From positions 1,550,001 through 1,614,000 of the forward strand of contig BQFW01000011.1 in the NCBI GenBank assembly GCA_020891255.1: a DNA stretch of 64,000 bases, read 5' to 3'. Shown in pieces: positions 24,529 to 36,800 of this stretch. Each line of letters begins with the position of its first letter. The stretch's first letter is position 1. The notes under the pieces were generated by a model. The model was not told the origin of the DNA, did not search any database, and worked only from the letters and a program-made list of their open reading frames with translations. Source of the stretch: Entomortierella parvispora E1425. Lineage: Eukaryota > Fungi > Mortierellomycota. A program made the position numbers and the translations under genes.

Positions 24529-24960
24529 CAACGCAAGATTTACGACGACCATTTCCGTGAATAAAATAGACACCTTGCATCTCAATTTCTCCATCAGACG
24601 GTTGTTCGTCGGAAACAGGACCAGGCTGGATTCGAACCACAACTGGACCGAGAATGGAGAACAGCGGGGAATAAGAAGACAGGGAAGCTGAACAGAGAAG
24701 GAGGGCATTGCGGTCAGTTGGCTGGGACAGATCAAGTCTGGCGATGCAGTCAGTGCTTGCCGTGGCAGTTGTTGCATGGGCGTAATGCAGCCAAAAATAG
24801 AGAGCGTTCAAGTGCACACACACCACGCCCTCCTTATGTTCATTACATTGCATTGCATTGCATTGTTCATCCCCTCCATCCCCTCCCTCTCCTTCCTCTC
24901 TCGTCTACCCTCCTCCTCTCTCCCTTTCCCAGCATTCCGTCCCTTGCCGTGCTCAGAGCC

Positions 24961-27051
24961 ATGCCGGTGAGAAAGACGCACCTCCTTTTGGCTCTGGTCA
25001 TCTTCATGGTCCTGATCTTCTCCATCCAGGAAGCGCCATTCACCTCACTACGAAACAAAGGCTACAGAGGCAACGAGAGCGAGGACCAGGGACGAAACAA
25101 GGAACCCTACCTGGGCTACAAAAAAGAGCAAGAGCCCTACAAGCCCCCCTATGGCGGCATCAGGGACAAATCTTCAGAGGAAAAGCCCGACATCAAAGCT
25201 CCGGGCTACGACCACGACCAGGTCAACCAGGACGACCCACAAACACCTTCCACATCAGCATGGCGGCCAAACACCTCGGGTCAATTCGATACCTTGGTCG
25301 TGATTCCTTCGGACTGGACTCAGATACAGAATCGCAAGTGGGTTCGCGAGACCGTCTTTGGCATCAAGGATAACCTAGAGCCCTGTCAAAAGAACGAACG
25401 AGGCCGGATCCTCTACAAGTTTTTTGTCCACGGGCAGGCGGTCTGGAAAAAAACAACACAGCACTCTGCAGAGTATATGGAAGGGCAGGTCCGAGAGTTT
25501 TACGGAGAGATGACCGAGTTTGACGACATCTTTTTTCCCAACACAACTATGAATCGGGCATCAGTATGGGGAGAAGCCTTAGACTGGGCCGTAAGTGAGC
25601 ATGGCATCTCATTGTTAGAAAGGGGGTACAGAAGAGTGATGATCGGCACTGACCAACATATACCCCTCCTTTTTTTTCCATTTTGTGTGCCTGCAGGTCA
25701 ACCAGTTCATTCCAGGAGAAATGATCAAAGTCGACAAGGTTGTGATCTTTGACTCGACCGCGGTCGTGAACATGGCCAAGATGGAGCAAGCGGCCAAGTT
25801 GGCCATGCCAGCTGACGACAGTGGATTGATTTACACCTGGGGCTGGAGCTCAGCTTCCACTAGCATCCACCCAAAACTGTTGACGACCTCTCAGACTCGA
25901 ACCACGATCACCAATGCAGCCGTTATCCCGTTTAAAACCCTGCAGCAAATTCTCCAAAACAAGGTGACCATCATGAAGCGGAGGCCTACACTGGACCTGA
26001 TATCCGCCTCGGCCAGGTTCTACGATGCCATTGGGTCCATCAAAGTCGTGATGGATCAAAGCGAGTTTTGGAACAGTGACATTATCCACCTTGAGAGTTC
26101 AGCCTTGGTCGTGGCACCTGTTCATCAGTCCGACGACTGGTTCCCAATCTCGGAAAAAATTGGAGTGAAGGCCGCAAAGGAGTTGACCTACACACCAAAT
26201 CCGGATCGGACTCACAGAGTCACGGTCATGACCTCGTCCTACATTTACGCGGGCATGTGCATGGGCGCGGCGTCTCTCCCTGTTGCCAAGAACAAGCGAG
26301 AGTATGCCGCCCGTCATGGATACGACTTTGTGGCACGTGCGGCTGAATTTGCTCAGGAAGAATTTCGAGGCCGGCGAGAGGTTTGGGGCAAGATTGGAGC
26401 GATTCAAAAGGTTCTTCCCCATTACGAATGGGTATTCTGGATGGATATGGATGCCGTGGTCGTGGATATGGACAAGGAGTTGAAGAGCCTTGTGCAGAAG
26501 GCCGAAATGCAACGAGCGGCGCTAGGTGGACCTTTGGCCAAAGAAGAGATTAGTTTGATTGTAGCCAAGCCGACCAAGGACATTATGTTGAACGCCGGCG
26601 TCATGTTGATCAAGAACACGGACTGGAGTCGCAAATTTTTCGCAGAGGTGCAGAAACGGAGGTATTATTATCGACTTCACCCATGGTACGAACAAGCAGC
26701 CATTTGGGAGACCATGCGAGAGCCTGCTTGGGCCTCTGGGGTAAGTTGACTCTGGATTCATCAGACAAATAGAGCGATAGAGACCTCGTTTCTGCAAGAC
26801 CATAGCTGTTAATACCGTGAGGCCCACGATCTATCATTCATTAGGTACACTTGTTTAACGGAGATGAGCACACCATGAATACCTTCCCAGATTTCTACGA
26901 GAATGGCGATTTTATTGTCCATTTTGCTCCGGATGGCTGCCCTGCCCCTCCAGTGCTGGAAGCCTTGCAGAAGCTTGAAAATGGGCAGAGCGTGCTCGGC
27001 GTTGGATATTCTGATAAAAAAATCGCGGCATTGCACGCCGCTGCCAACTAG
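24961..27051 (+). CDS. Type II membrane glycosyltransferase, GT34 (Mnn10/Gma12-like) with an extra N-terminal luminal domain
   Basis: N-terminal TM (HLLLALVIFMVLIFSI), YAARHGY, WGKIGAI, YEWVFWMDMDAVV (DxD), LNAGVMLIKNTDWS, EQAAI, GDFIVHFAP. Three exons. Confidence 0.88.
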
Positions 27052-27336
27052 AGCGTTATCTCTGAAGAAATAAACTGAACCTACTCAATGAATGCAAAAA
27101 CGAAAGGTTGCCCGGTTATCGTGAGATAAATGACAGAAAAAAAAGGGGACCTACACCGTACGGTGGAAAGACACCATCTTTTAACTTGGCAGTGGCCACC
27201 ATGGCTCTATCGCCACTAAATCTACGGTTGAACTGAGACCCGCTCAAACCATCTACTGCCTCGTCCAATCTCCAAAATGGTCCAATAGTTGCGCGACGCA
27301 GTAGTCAACTTTTTCATGTTTATTGTTTCCGGGGGT

Positions 27337-28925
27337 TCACTCGAGTTTTTCCTTGGTGCGAATGGCCTCATCCACATCATCCTTGAGAGGGATAGAATCC
27401 ATAGCACCTTCCTTGCCCACAGCCAGCGAAGCTGCATGACTAGCCTCCTCCAGCGCGTCCCTGAACTGTTCCGTTGTGAAGCGCTTGTTCAACTCCTGGT
27501 TACGAGCCAGATTCGCCACAAAGTATCCTGAAAAAGTATCTCCAGCCTATAAAGTTTGGGGGTAACAGGCCAGGGATGTGAGAAATGGATACATGGGGTA
27601 AAAAAAGTCGACTGAACATAAATCACTCGAGCAAGGGCACTTACACCAGTCGTATTCACAACTTCTCCCTTGACGATACCAAGACGGAACTCCTGCATCT
27701 GGTCATCCTCCTCATTGATTCGGAATCTAGCCACAAGTCCATCGCCTCCGAGCGTGATGATAATGCCAGTAATCTGTCCATAGGCTTTCTCCAAAACAGG
27801 GAAGCTCTCCGAAGCAGTGATATGGGACGAAGACGAGATGGAATCGGCATCGCTCTTGTTGTTGGCAGCAGTCAGGTAAGAGTAAAGTCCCTGTGCCTCA
27901 ATCTCGTTGATCAGCAAATAATCCACCAAGTGCAAAGGGTACTCCCTTGGCAGTTCTGTCGTCATGGGCGAAGGGTTGAAGCAGATCGTCATTCCTAATA
28001 TGGATTTTCCAGAATTTAGTCCAAGAGATCGTTTCATACCAAGGATTCAAATATTCCATTCATCCTTTCTCGACTCGAGTCGCTTCCCTTACCCCTCTCC
28101 TTGGCTGCGCGCATGATCTCTCCTCCAGAGCTCATCTCGTTCTGCATGACGATCCAGTCGCCCTCTCCAAAGTGGGCCAAAACATGGTGGGCTTCTTCCA
28201 GAGTCACCGTATGGTTGGTTCCTGGGAACAAGACGATCGAATTGTCGTGCGACTCTTGACTCAGTTGAATGATGGCCCTGCCCGTCGCTTCCTTCGAGGA
28301 TACCTTCACATATTTAGTATCGACGCCAGCCTCTTCCATGATCTTTTGGACCCAGATACCATCCTTGCCAATCTTTCCTGCATGGTAAACGTTGGCGCCA
28401 GCACGTCCAAGAGCTACGGACTGATTGGCGCCTAAAATAGTTTTCGATCGTCATCCCCAAACGCATGAAGATTAGCGCCAAGAGAAAAACAAAATAACAG
28501 GACATCATCATGTCCTCGTGCAGGACAAATGGACGGTCTTTTCGGTTTGTTATACTTGCCCTTTCCGCCTGCACTCACGGAGTATGAGCTCGAGGAGATT
28601 GTCTATTCATCCCAAGGGACAAAATAGAAGATCAGTTTTGCTTCTTTTGGATAGCGAGAGCACAGCGGGATCGCTTTGTTACGGTAAGCAACAAAAAGGG
28701 GCGGAGTGACATACCTCTCCAGAACGGACAATATGGGGGACAACATAAAAGTCATCTATGGTTGTTCGGTAAGGAGGGGAGCCCAGGGTTAGTTGGTGTC
28801 TGCGTGGCATGGGTTCAGAAACAGAGTTTTTGTTGTAATGCAACAACGCGACATGCATGGACTGCAAATGACATGCCGATGTTAATGGACCCGTAAACGA
28901 GAACTTTTGGCTTTGTAAGATCCAT
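27337..28925 (-). CDS. RBK1: Ribokinase (PfkB family)
   Basis: Six exons: MDLTKPKVLVYGSINI|DDFYVVPHIVRSGE|T...AGGK|GANQSVALGRAG, LINEIEA, IIITLGGDG, NTTG|AGDTF. Introns 1 and 3 require GC donors. Confidence 0.93.
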
Positions 28926-29304
28926 GGTTGAGAATGAGGTATGAGGGAAAAGATGGATGTGTAGCGTATGAAAGAAACAAAAAGACGGGAAGGGATGGGC
29001 ACCGTGGGGTGATCAGAAGGAAGTGAGAAAGGGAAACGTGAGCAGAGAGCCAGCTGGAGACGCGATCCCAAAATATCGCGGTTGCCCCACATTTTGTGTG
29101 GGTCAAACGGTCAGCAACGCTGCCTTCTTTCAAGTCCATCTCTCTTTCTCTCTCTCTCTCTACCGCTGTCTGTGTCATCCTTCACCTGATACACATACAC
29201 CACCCATCGCCCAGACAATTTTTCAAATTTGCAAGTTGTACTTTTTTTGTAAAGAAATGACATTGTAGTGTAAAAGGATCCTATGAGTTTGTAATATTGT
29301 TTGT

Positions 29305-30517
29305 CTATGCGCGTGCACTCCATGCGTTCATGCGGCCCACCCGTCCCTCGATTCTCTTCTTGGTACGTTCAACAGATGCTGCTGCAGCCAATTCGTTACC
29401 CTCCTTGGCAGCCTCGGCCAAGACCTTGGCCACGAGCTCCACACCGCGGACAGAGTCATCGTTTCCGGGAATAGGGTACGAAACAATACGGGGGTCCACA
29501 TCCGTGTCTGTGATGGCAATCGTGGGGATATTGAAACGGGTGGCCTCCTTGATAGCAATCATGTTCTCGATAGGGTTAAGGACAATGACCAAATCAGGGC
29601 GGAAGGGCTTGGCGAGATCACCAGCCTTGGCGCCGGGCAAGCGTGGCGTATGGGGTCCAACAATCTCCTGAGCGTTTGTGATCGTACCGGGGCACCACTT
29701 GGAGGCAACATAGTATGAGCTGCAAGACTTGGCGGCGTCAATCGTCACATTCTCCATGCCGTCGCGAGTTCCGATAAAGAGAATGATACCACCCTGGCGA
29801 GCAACTGCCTTGGTGACGGTGCAGGCACGGCGCAAGTGTGTGATGGTGTGTTCCAAGTTGATGATGCTGATGCCCTCACGGACACCGAAAACAAAGGGCA
29901 TAGAGGCGACATTCCAGAGAGAGGTGCTGTGTCCCAAGTGCAATCCTGCGGCCAACAACTGAGCAATGGTCAAATCTCTAGACTTGGGGTTATCGTTCAA
30001 AGCAGACTTTGACTTGGGAGCCAATTGACCTCCATATGACAAGAACTCGGGCACTAATTTGGTCAAGAATAAAAATAAAAAAAAAGAGATAAGTCCAAGG
30101 TTCCTTGGTCAACTGATAATCGGAGTCCTGTTTATAATGCGCATCGATGCTACTCTGGGGGTTGAAAAAGAAGAGCGACTTACTCAAGGCCTGAAGACGC
30201 TTCTCAATGTCGACTGGCTTGTTGACGTGTGTTGGCTCGGGATCGACAGCATTCTCTGTTGAGGCGGCAGCAGGTTCTGAGGTCGAGGCAGCAGCGGGCT
30301 CGGGGGTGGCGGGGGCAGGGACCTTGAAGTCAGACTCCATACCGGCCATCATGGCATCCAAGATATCATCATCGCCCAATCCAGATCCCGATCCCTTTCC
30401 AGTTGAGTACAATGCAGTCTGTCCTGCACGCATCCAGGTACGGTTGGGTTGTTGTTGTGCGACACGAAGGGCAGCTAATGAAGAGGGGAAGGAAGAGGGG
30501 AGGCAACCATTTAGCAT
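29305..30517 (-). CDS. MRP4: Mitochondrial ribosomal protein uS2m (Mrp4); start could alternatively be ATG 30550
   Basis: LLAAGLHLGH, FVFGVREGISIINLE, ILFIGTR, WCPGTITN, PDLVIVLNP, IPTIAITDTDVDP, YPIPGNDDS; presequence-like N-terminus; one intron. Confidence 0.92.
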
Positions 30518-31484
30518 GCCAGTCAGAGTGATTCCGTTGTAGACATCCATTCTCGGACAGATCGCCCTCCTGTTTGCATCCCATCCGTAGGGACATGTGC
30601 GATTCCGAAAGAGAAACTGCCATTCATTCCGGGGTAGAGGAAACAAGCTGTGCGAGATTCCATTCTCTCTCTCGGTCCATGGTGAATGCATTGTCCAGAG
30701 TTGAAATCCTGAATAACAACAAGGAGGCAAGGCAGAGTCGATTCCCGAGGCAGGTCAAGCTTCATCGGTTCCGAGGTGACATGGGTCCTATGGAGGGTAG
30801 CGCATCGGGTCCTGTCCGGAGGGACGAGTGTTACCTCGGAAAGAGCTGCGAAGGAGAGAGGAGGGGGCCATTGGCGCAGGCTATGTGTGTCGGGTGGGGA
30901 TGGAGTAATGAGAGGTGCGGTCGAGTTTCAAAGGAACAGCCACAGCGGACGGAGGAGAGGAAGGGGCGAAAGAACTGGTCGAGGACAACCCTGGGGGGGC
31001 GAAGCAATGGGATGTAATGAGAAAGGAAAGGGAGAGGGAGATGGATGCCCTTGCACGGTGACTGAAGGCGACTCGCAGGGACACAGGGCAGGAACACACA
31101 CACACACACACACGGGCAATCGCAGATCGAAATGTAAACACAGTCGCAGTGGCTTGGCTGGCGGGAGCATGACCTTGTTGAACGGAATACCTGTGTAAAT
31201 GAAACATTTTTTTTTTTTTTTTTTTTTTTAATTTTTTGATCTGGATGACCTGATTGATGCCCTCTCGCGCGTCACCTTCTCCTCGGTGACCAACGACCTG
31301 AATTTCGCGCTCTCCGCGGTCGTCCGTGCCGTCCTGGAGCCACAGAGTGTAAAGCGAGCCTCACAGTCGAGAGTTAGTACTCTCATGATCTTTTGGAGGG
31401 AACCCTTTTTTTTTAATTATTCTTCTTGGAAGTGGTGGATGCCAGACCAACATCTCGACTTGAGTGTCTTGAGATGAAGAAGGG

Positions 31485-32999
31485 CTATATCTTGTTTAAC
31501 GCGATATCCGATTTAGAAGAGTCTGTCAGCGGTCTCTCGGATGGATTGTCGAGATCCTCGAATTGGAGGTGAGGCGTGAACCGTGTCCTGACTAGTAAGC
31601 TTTTTGGATATCTCTCCTTCACGACAACCAAATACATGGAACCTCTGTATCTGTAGTTCATCGCACATCGAGCAAACAGGATAAGGGATAGACACACAAC
31701 AGCAAGCACGCACACGATCCATAGCACTGGGCTTGGAACGTTGAACACAGTTCGTTTGTCGTACACGGTATACAAGATATAGAGTCGAGATCTATCCCAG
31801 TCCGCGTAAAAGTTTTTGTCCAGCGACGACATGGTGTCTGATACTTGTTGGTTCGCGTTCCTCATATCGGTGACATTTATCGTGTCCGTTACAATATATT
31901 GTAGAGTCAACATCGTACTGGTCCACGGCATCGAGCTGTTTCCTATCGGTTGCATATCGCTGCGGGTGACAGCTACGGTCATGGTAGAGTACGCGCACGT
32001 CAACGCTTTGTAGGCTCCGTAGCATATGAATGCGTCCATATTTGTGCCATAGAGCCTGATGTTGGCCACGAATGTGTTGTTCTCTGGTATTTCCATCTCA
32101 TCAATCAACACATCCCCGGCTACAAAGTCGGACACGTTGGATTTTAACATGTCGGCATACGCGAGAAAGAATCTTGATGTAGTTACAGTAACAACCACAG
32201 TGGCATCTGATACATATTTGGTTGAGACAGTTCTGGGCATGGATGGCAGACCAGTGTTCCGTTCAGACATGGCCTCGCTGCTCAGATCTGTTATGCCAAA
32301 CGACACGTTGTTGTAAAAGGAACGTACTGCAGCAGCTATTTCCAAGGGGTACTGATCCTCCAAAACTCCACTGAGCACAACTTTGTAGTATCCGTTGTTC
32401 TTTTCCACGGAACTTGTATAGTTGTCGGCAAGCATACCCGCCGTGAAAAACATGACTGGTATACATCCATCCGTTAGTTGCGTAGACTGGTTGAACGCAT
32501 AGAATTCCATGGTGTCGCATACGGTGTCATACGAGGACATGACAGGTTTGTACATTTTGTCAGGTGGAGTATTGCTGGTAAACATGTTGTTAATGGCGTT
32601 GGTCGCGTTGAAATCCCGCAGATACGTATTCCACTCATCGAGAGAGTGTATCCCACTAGCGCTGATGAACTGGGTTGTATTTACAAGAACTGTTGTGGGA
32701 TTCACTCCAACAACCTCCACGTCAATCCACTTTGTCAGAGCTTTGTCCAGCACCGAAAATCCCATTCCAATCACCAATCCGAAGAGTGTGGCTAACCAGA
32801 CGCGAGACTGGAGAACCTTGCGCGAGCTCCACAGTGTGGACAAAGCTTCCAGAGGACCACCTTGATAGAGCCATCGGAAACTGTTGACATGGCCATTGTG
32901 CGAGAGCAAGGAAAGCACGCTGGTGAACGCTGTCGTCAAAAGGACCCCAAAGATCCATACCGCAAAATTAAATTCCACCACAGACCAATGTAACAACAT
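31485..32999 (-). CDS. Intronless 504-aa membrane protein of unknown function
   Basis: Single ORF with ATG. Two N-terminal hydrophobic segments, a large domain rich in N-x-S/T sites and one C-terminal TM (VLWIVCVLAVVCLSLILF). No family motif recognised. Confidence 0.75.
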   Translation of the reverse strand: MLLHWSVVEFNFAVWIFGVLLTTAFTSVLSLLSHNGHVNSFRWLYQGGPLEALSTLWSSRKVLQSRVWLATLFGLVIGMGFSVLDKALTKWIDVEVVGVNPTTVLVNTTQFISASGIHSLDEWNTYLRDFNATNAINNMFTSNTPPDKMYKPVMSSYDTVCDTMEFYAFNQSTQLTDGCIPVMFFTAGMLADNYTSSVEKNNGYYKVVLSGVLEDQYPLEIAAAVRSFYNNVSFGITDLSSEAMSERNTGLPSMPRTVSTKYVSDATVVVTVTTSRFFLAYADMLKSNVSDFVAGDVLIDEMEIPENNTFVANIRLYGTNMDAFICYGAYKALTCAYSTMTVAVTRSDMQPIGNSSMPWTSTMLTLQYIVTDTINVTDMRNANQQVSDTMSSLDKNFYADWDRSRLYILYTVYDKRTVFNVPSPVLWIVCVLAVVCLSLILFARCAMNYRYRGSMYLVVVKERYPKSLLVRTRFTPHLQFEDLDNPSERPLTDSSKSDIALNKI

Positions 33000-33840
33000 G
33001 TTGACAATATAACGTCGATGCTGTCGTCCCTGAGTAAACGACGTGGTTAGAAGCTTTCATTCTGTTTGGCTCTATTCTCACATTCATGTGCAAAGCTTCG
33101 TCGAGTATGATATATAAAAAAAGAATGTTTCGGTACCTTTCTGAAAGCTGCAGTTGTCTAGAGAGTAACGACGGTAGATGGGAAGGCAGACTTTCCGAGA
33201 GTCAAGGATGCAATTGAAATGATAAAGGACGAGGGAGAGGGAGAGGAGACAAAGAGGGGATGATGGTTCAGTGTGCACAAAAGAAAAAAGTCATTGTCAT
33301 GTTCATCATCCATGTTTAAGGCTGCGGCGAGTATTCCAAGGGCGAGTATTCCAAGGGCGAGGGAGAGCATTGACAATACTCGTTTTTTTTTTTTTTTTTT
33401 TTTTTTTTTTTCTTTTTCTTTGCCTTTCTGCTCTGTCCTTGAATTGCGCGTGTTTTCCGTTACACTGCTCACCCGGCGAATAGCTGTCAAGGACCGAGAT
33501 TCGTAAGGTCCACGGTGGTTTGTTTGATCCCAATCTATTGGTTGTCATGTGTCCTTTGTTTTCCCAAACTGATCGAGGACGTTGTTGAGCACAAGCCAAA
33601 AAAGAAAAAAAAAAAAAAACAAACAGAAAAACGCAATGCAACGATTCAGAAAGTGCGTGAGAAAACCTGGTGCACAAAATCAGCCCTTTGGACACGCCAA
33701 GGAGCAATCGAAAGCACAAAAAAAAATGCAAGCCCGTCTAAATCGAAGACTCTTACCAACACCTGCTTCAAGTAGCCGTGCCAACCACCTATCTCTTTAT
33801 ATTTTTTTTATTACTACACACATTCAACGCCTCGCAGACA

Positions 33841-36800
33841 CTAGAGGAACACCTTGATCACTCCGTCGCGGTCTCCAGAGATGTACATCGTCGTTGGGAA
33901 TTCTGTGATTGCGATATCGTTGATCGCATCCAGGTGGTTCCGTAACAGCTCCTGCTGCTGCACCGTGATTACGTTGCTGCGTCCGCTGGCCCTGGGTTTG
34001 ACTGTCTGCAGCGGCGTCACTTCGTAGTGTACAGGAAGCTTGTCATCATCGAGCATGCGGGTTCTGAAAGCAAGCAACAACAAAGAGAAATGAATGACTG
34101 TGTTAATAGCTGATCCACTTGGTACCTGCTTTGTCAATGGCTCATAATGGGCTATTTCTACTTGGTGCCATCGTCAGAGTACTCACGCGTATTTTGGAGG
34201 AGGATCTCGGGGGTCTCGGCCACTAATGATAAGCGATACATCGACTCGACTCGTGCGCCAAAACCGCAACTTGCGGTCAGTGCCGCCTGTGACCATGCTC
34301 TCACCATCAGGAGGAAACACAACCGCACGGACACTTTGGTCCGTCGAGATGATCGAATCGTTCGCCGTGAATGAGTTTCGCAAGAGTTCGCTGCCAGAAA
34401 GGGGTTCTGTCGCCTTGAATCGATCCAGTGAAAATGCCCTCTTGTCGTCCGCACTGCGAACAACAAACACTTCGCAACATTCAATATTCTCCAGATCCCA
34501 GACCGATACCTCGTTCTTTCCAGCCGCAATGACAATCTTGCCTCCTCGCGATGGTGAATGAGGCTCAGGGTGGATAACCAGTCGACTAATTCTCGACTTT
34601 GTTGGATGGACCCAAGATCGGATGGCGACCATGAACCGCAAATCCCAAAGAGTGAGCACACCCCTGTTCGTACCAACAAGTAACCATGCTTTGTGATGAT
34701 CGATCACCATGGCTGTAATCACTCCTTGCGAAATGTTGTTTTTGAGTTGCCAAGCTGGTCGCATCGTTCCAAGTTCCATGGCATAGATATTTCCTCGGCT
34801 GGTTGCATACACGAGCAGCGATTGAGATTCTGTTGTCAAAGATACAGAGGATGAGTATAAGGAAGACAGGTAAATACAATCATGAGTGGGGTTATATCCA
34901 TTTGATGCCATACCTGTGGTATAGTGCTCCATGGTCACTGCATGTTCGTTATCCAGAGTAATTTTCCGAACGGCTTCGCACTTTCCATATTTTCCGGCGG
35001 AGATATAGTGCACACGGAAGATGTGGATGTTTCCATTATCGGAGGCAGCGGCGACGCTGTGGGTATTTTCAATAAAGGACATGCAGAGCACCTTCCCCCC
35101 TAGGTTGAGTAATCGCCAAGCAGAATTAATATTTGTCAAATTAAAAAAAGCCAATCCTCCTTGTCTTACCAAGGGCGTTGTAGGACATCCTGGCTCTGTT
35201 GGTAACGTTCTTTTCCAATCGAGCAGTATCCCAAATCTTGACTGATCCGTCATCTGAACAACTCACAAAGAAAGTGTGGTCGGGCGAAATGCAGATTTGG
35301 TTCACCGAGGCCTTGTGCTCAGCCAAATGGGCCACCAGTTTGCACTGCGGTCGCGCTTGACTCCGCACAGTCTGAGTGTTGTTTCGATTCAACAGTCGCT
35401 GGCGTGTCAGAGACACGACATACGGACCAAATTCATGTGTTGGCGTCTGGAACACCTTGAGTGCCTGATGGACCAACAGCTCGTTCAAGTTACGCTGTCC
35501 TCCGTCTAAATGCAATTGAGGCGTCAGTAGAAAGAAAATGCCTGCAAATGGGCAATGAAACCATATTTAGAGGAACTCACCAACACTTGGGGTGAAAGGG
35601 CGACCTCCAAAAGGCTCAATTGGTCGGCCATCTCGCGAGTGCAAGGATGGATAAGCCTCCTCGAACTGAGCCTGCCATGGGGGCGAGGTTGGCTTCGGCA
35701 TGTCTACTCCTGAGCCGGCGATCACATCCTGGACTGTCATGTCGTGCGCTGGGAATTCAATTGTGCCTTGTGCGTTTGTGTCATTCATACTTGTCGCCGG
35801 CGCTGCTTTACCTGTCTCTGATGTCACAGTATTGCCAGGGTTGAGGAGGATGCGAGTACGCCTAGACCCTTTTGAGTCGGTAACGTTAGAGGTGAGTGAG
35901 CGGGTTCGTTCCTGGTTGGTCCCGATGAAACTAGTGGCCTGGAATGAACTTGGGGCCATGGATGAAGCCAAAGATGTGGTTGACTGACTGTCCGAGGACG
36001 ACTGCAAGTAGAGGTTCCCTCCAAGATGACCCCGTGTAGGGAGACTGAAACCATTTCCCTCATAAATTGACGCGCCGGAGCTATCTTTGGTCCTTGCAGA
36101 GCTGAAGATGGTGCTATCGCTCGACAACCTTGGCATATTGCCAGTAGTACTTGATTTGACAATACGTCGCTTAGGATGGAGAAAGGATGGATCATGGGGT
36201 CTCGACTTGCTCATCTATGTGGACCAATTAAAGACGTCAGGATTGAAGTTCCTACAGAAATTAAAAGCTGACCATTTTCACGAAAACTGTACCTGGGCAT
36301 AGCTGCGGGCAGATCCGTATTCTTTCTCGAAGATGTCTGGAGAGAAAAATTTTGTAACAGGGGTGATTCCGATTCTTCTAAGGTCGACGCTTCCATCCTG
36401 TTCAAACAAAAAAAAAAAATGCTTCTCCAATTAATAAGTGGTCCAAGGCGATCCAAAATGAAAGTTATGGCAATATGTATACCTTTGCAATTCCATCCGC
36501 TTCGTCGTCACGACCCTTGGGTCGAGCACTCTGCCGTGATCTTGAAAGCTTCCAAATATACTCTCTCATTGCTGCAAGTTTGTCCTCGTCCTCGAGTGTC
36601 ATTCCAATATCCCGAAGCTTTGCCATATATTTTTCGTCTCTACAAAGAGGATCGGTAACATTGTGAGTCCTCATGTCAGTGAGCCGACAACAAATACACG
36701 CACAATCACTCAAAAGAACTTACTCTGATGACTTGACGACTACAAAGAAAGGCGACTGATCTGCCACCTTTCCCGATTGAAGATCCAGAGCAACCGTGTT

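Noticed and set aside
8772-30517. Four mitochondrial genes (DIC1, NDUFS1, MDV1, MRP4) within ~22 kb
   Set aside because: They are interspersed with unrelated genes and act in different pathways, which is consistent with chance.
33326-33361. 15-bp tandem (ggcgagtattccaag x2.4) and neighbouring poly-T/poly-A tracts
   Set aside because: Ordinary slippage repeats; homopolymer tracts occur throughout the introns and intergenic DNA.
34830-34913. 84-nt stop-free in-frame intron in VPS15 (possible retention isoform)
   Set aside because: A single short 3n intron without a stop is expected by chance among ~80 introns.
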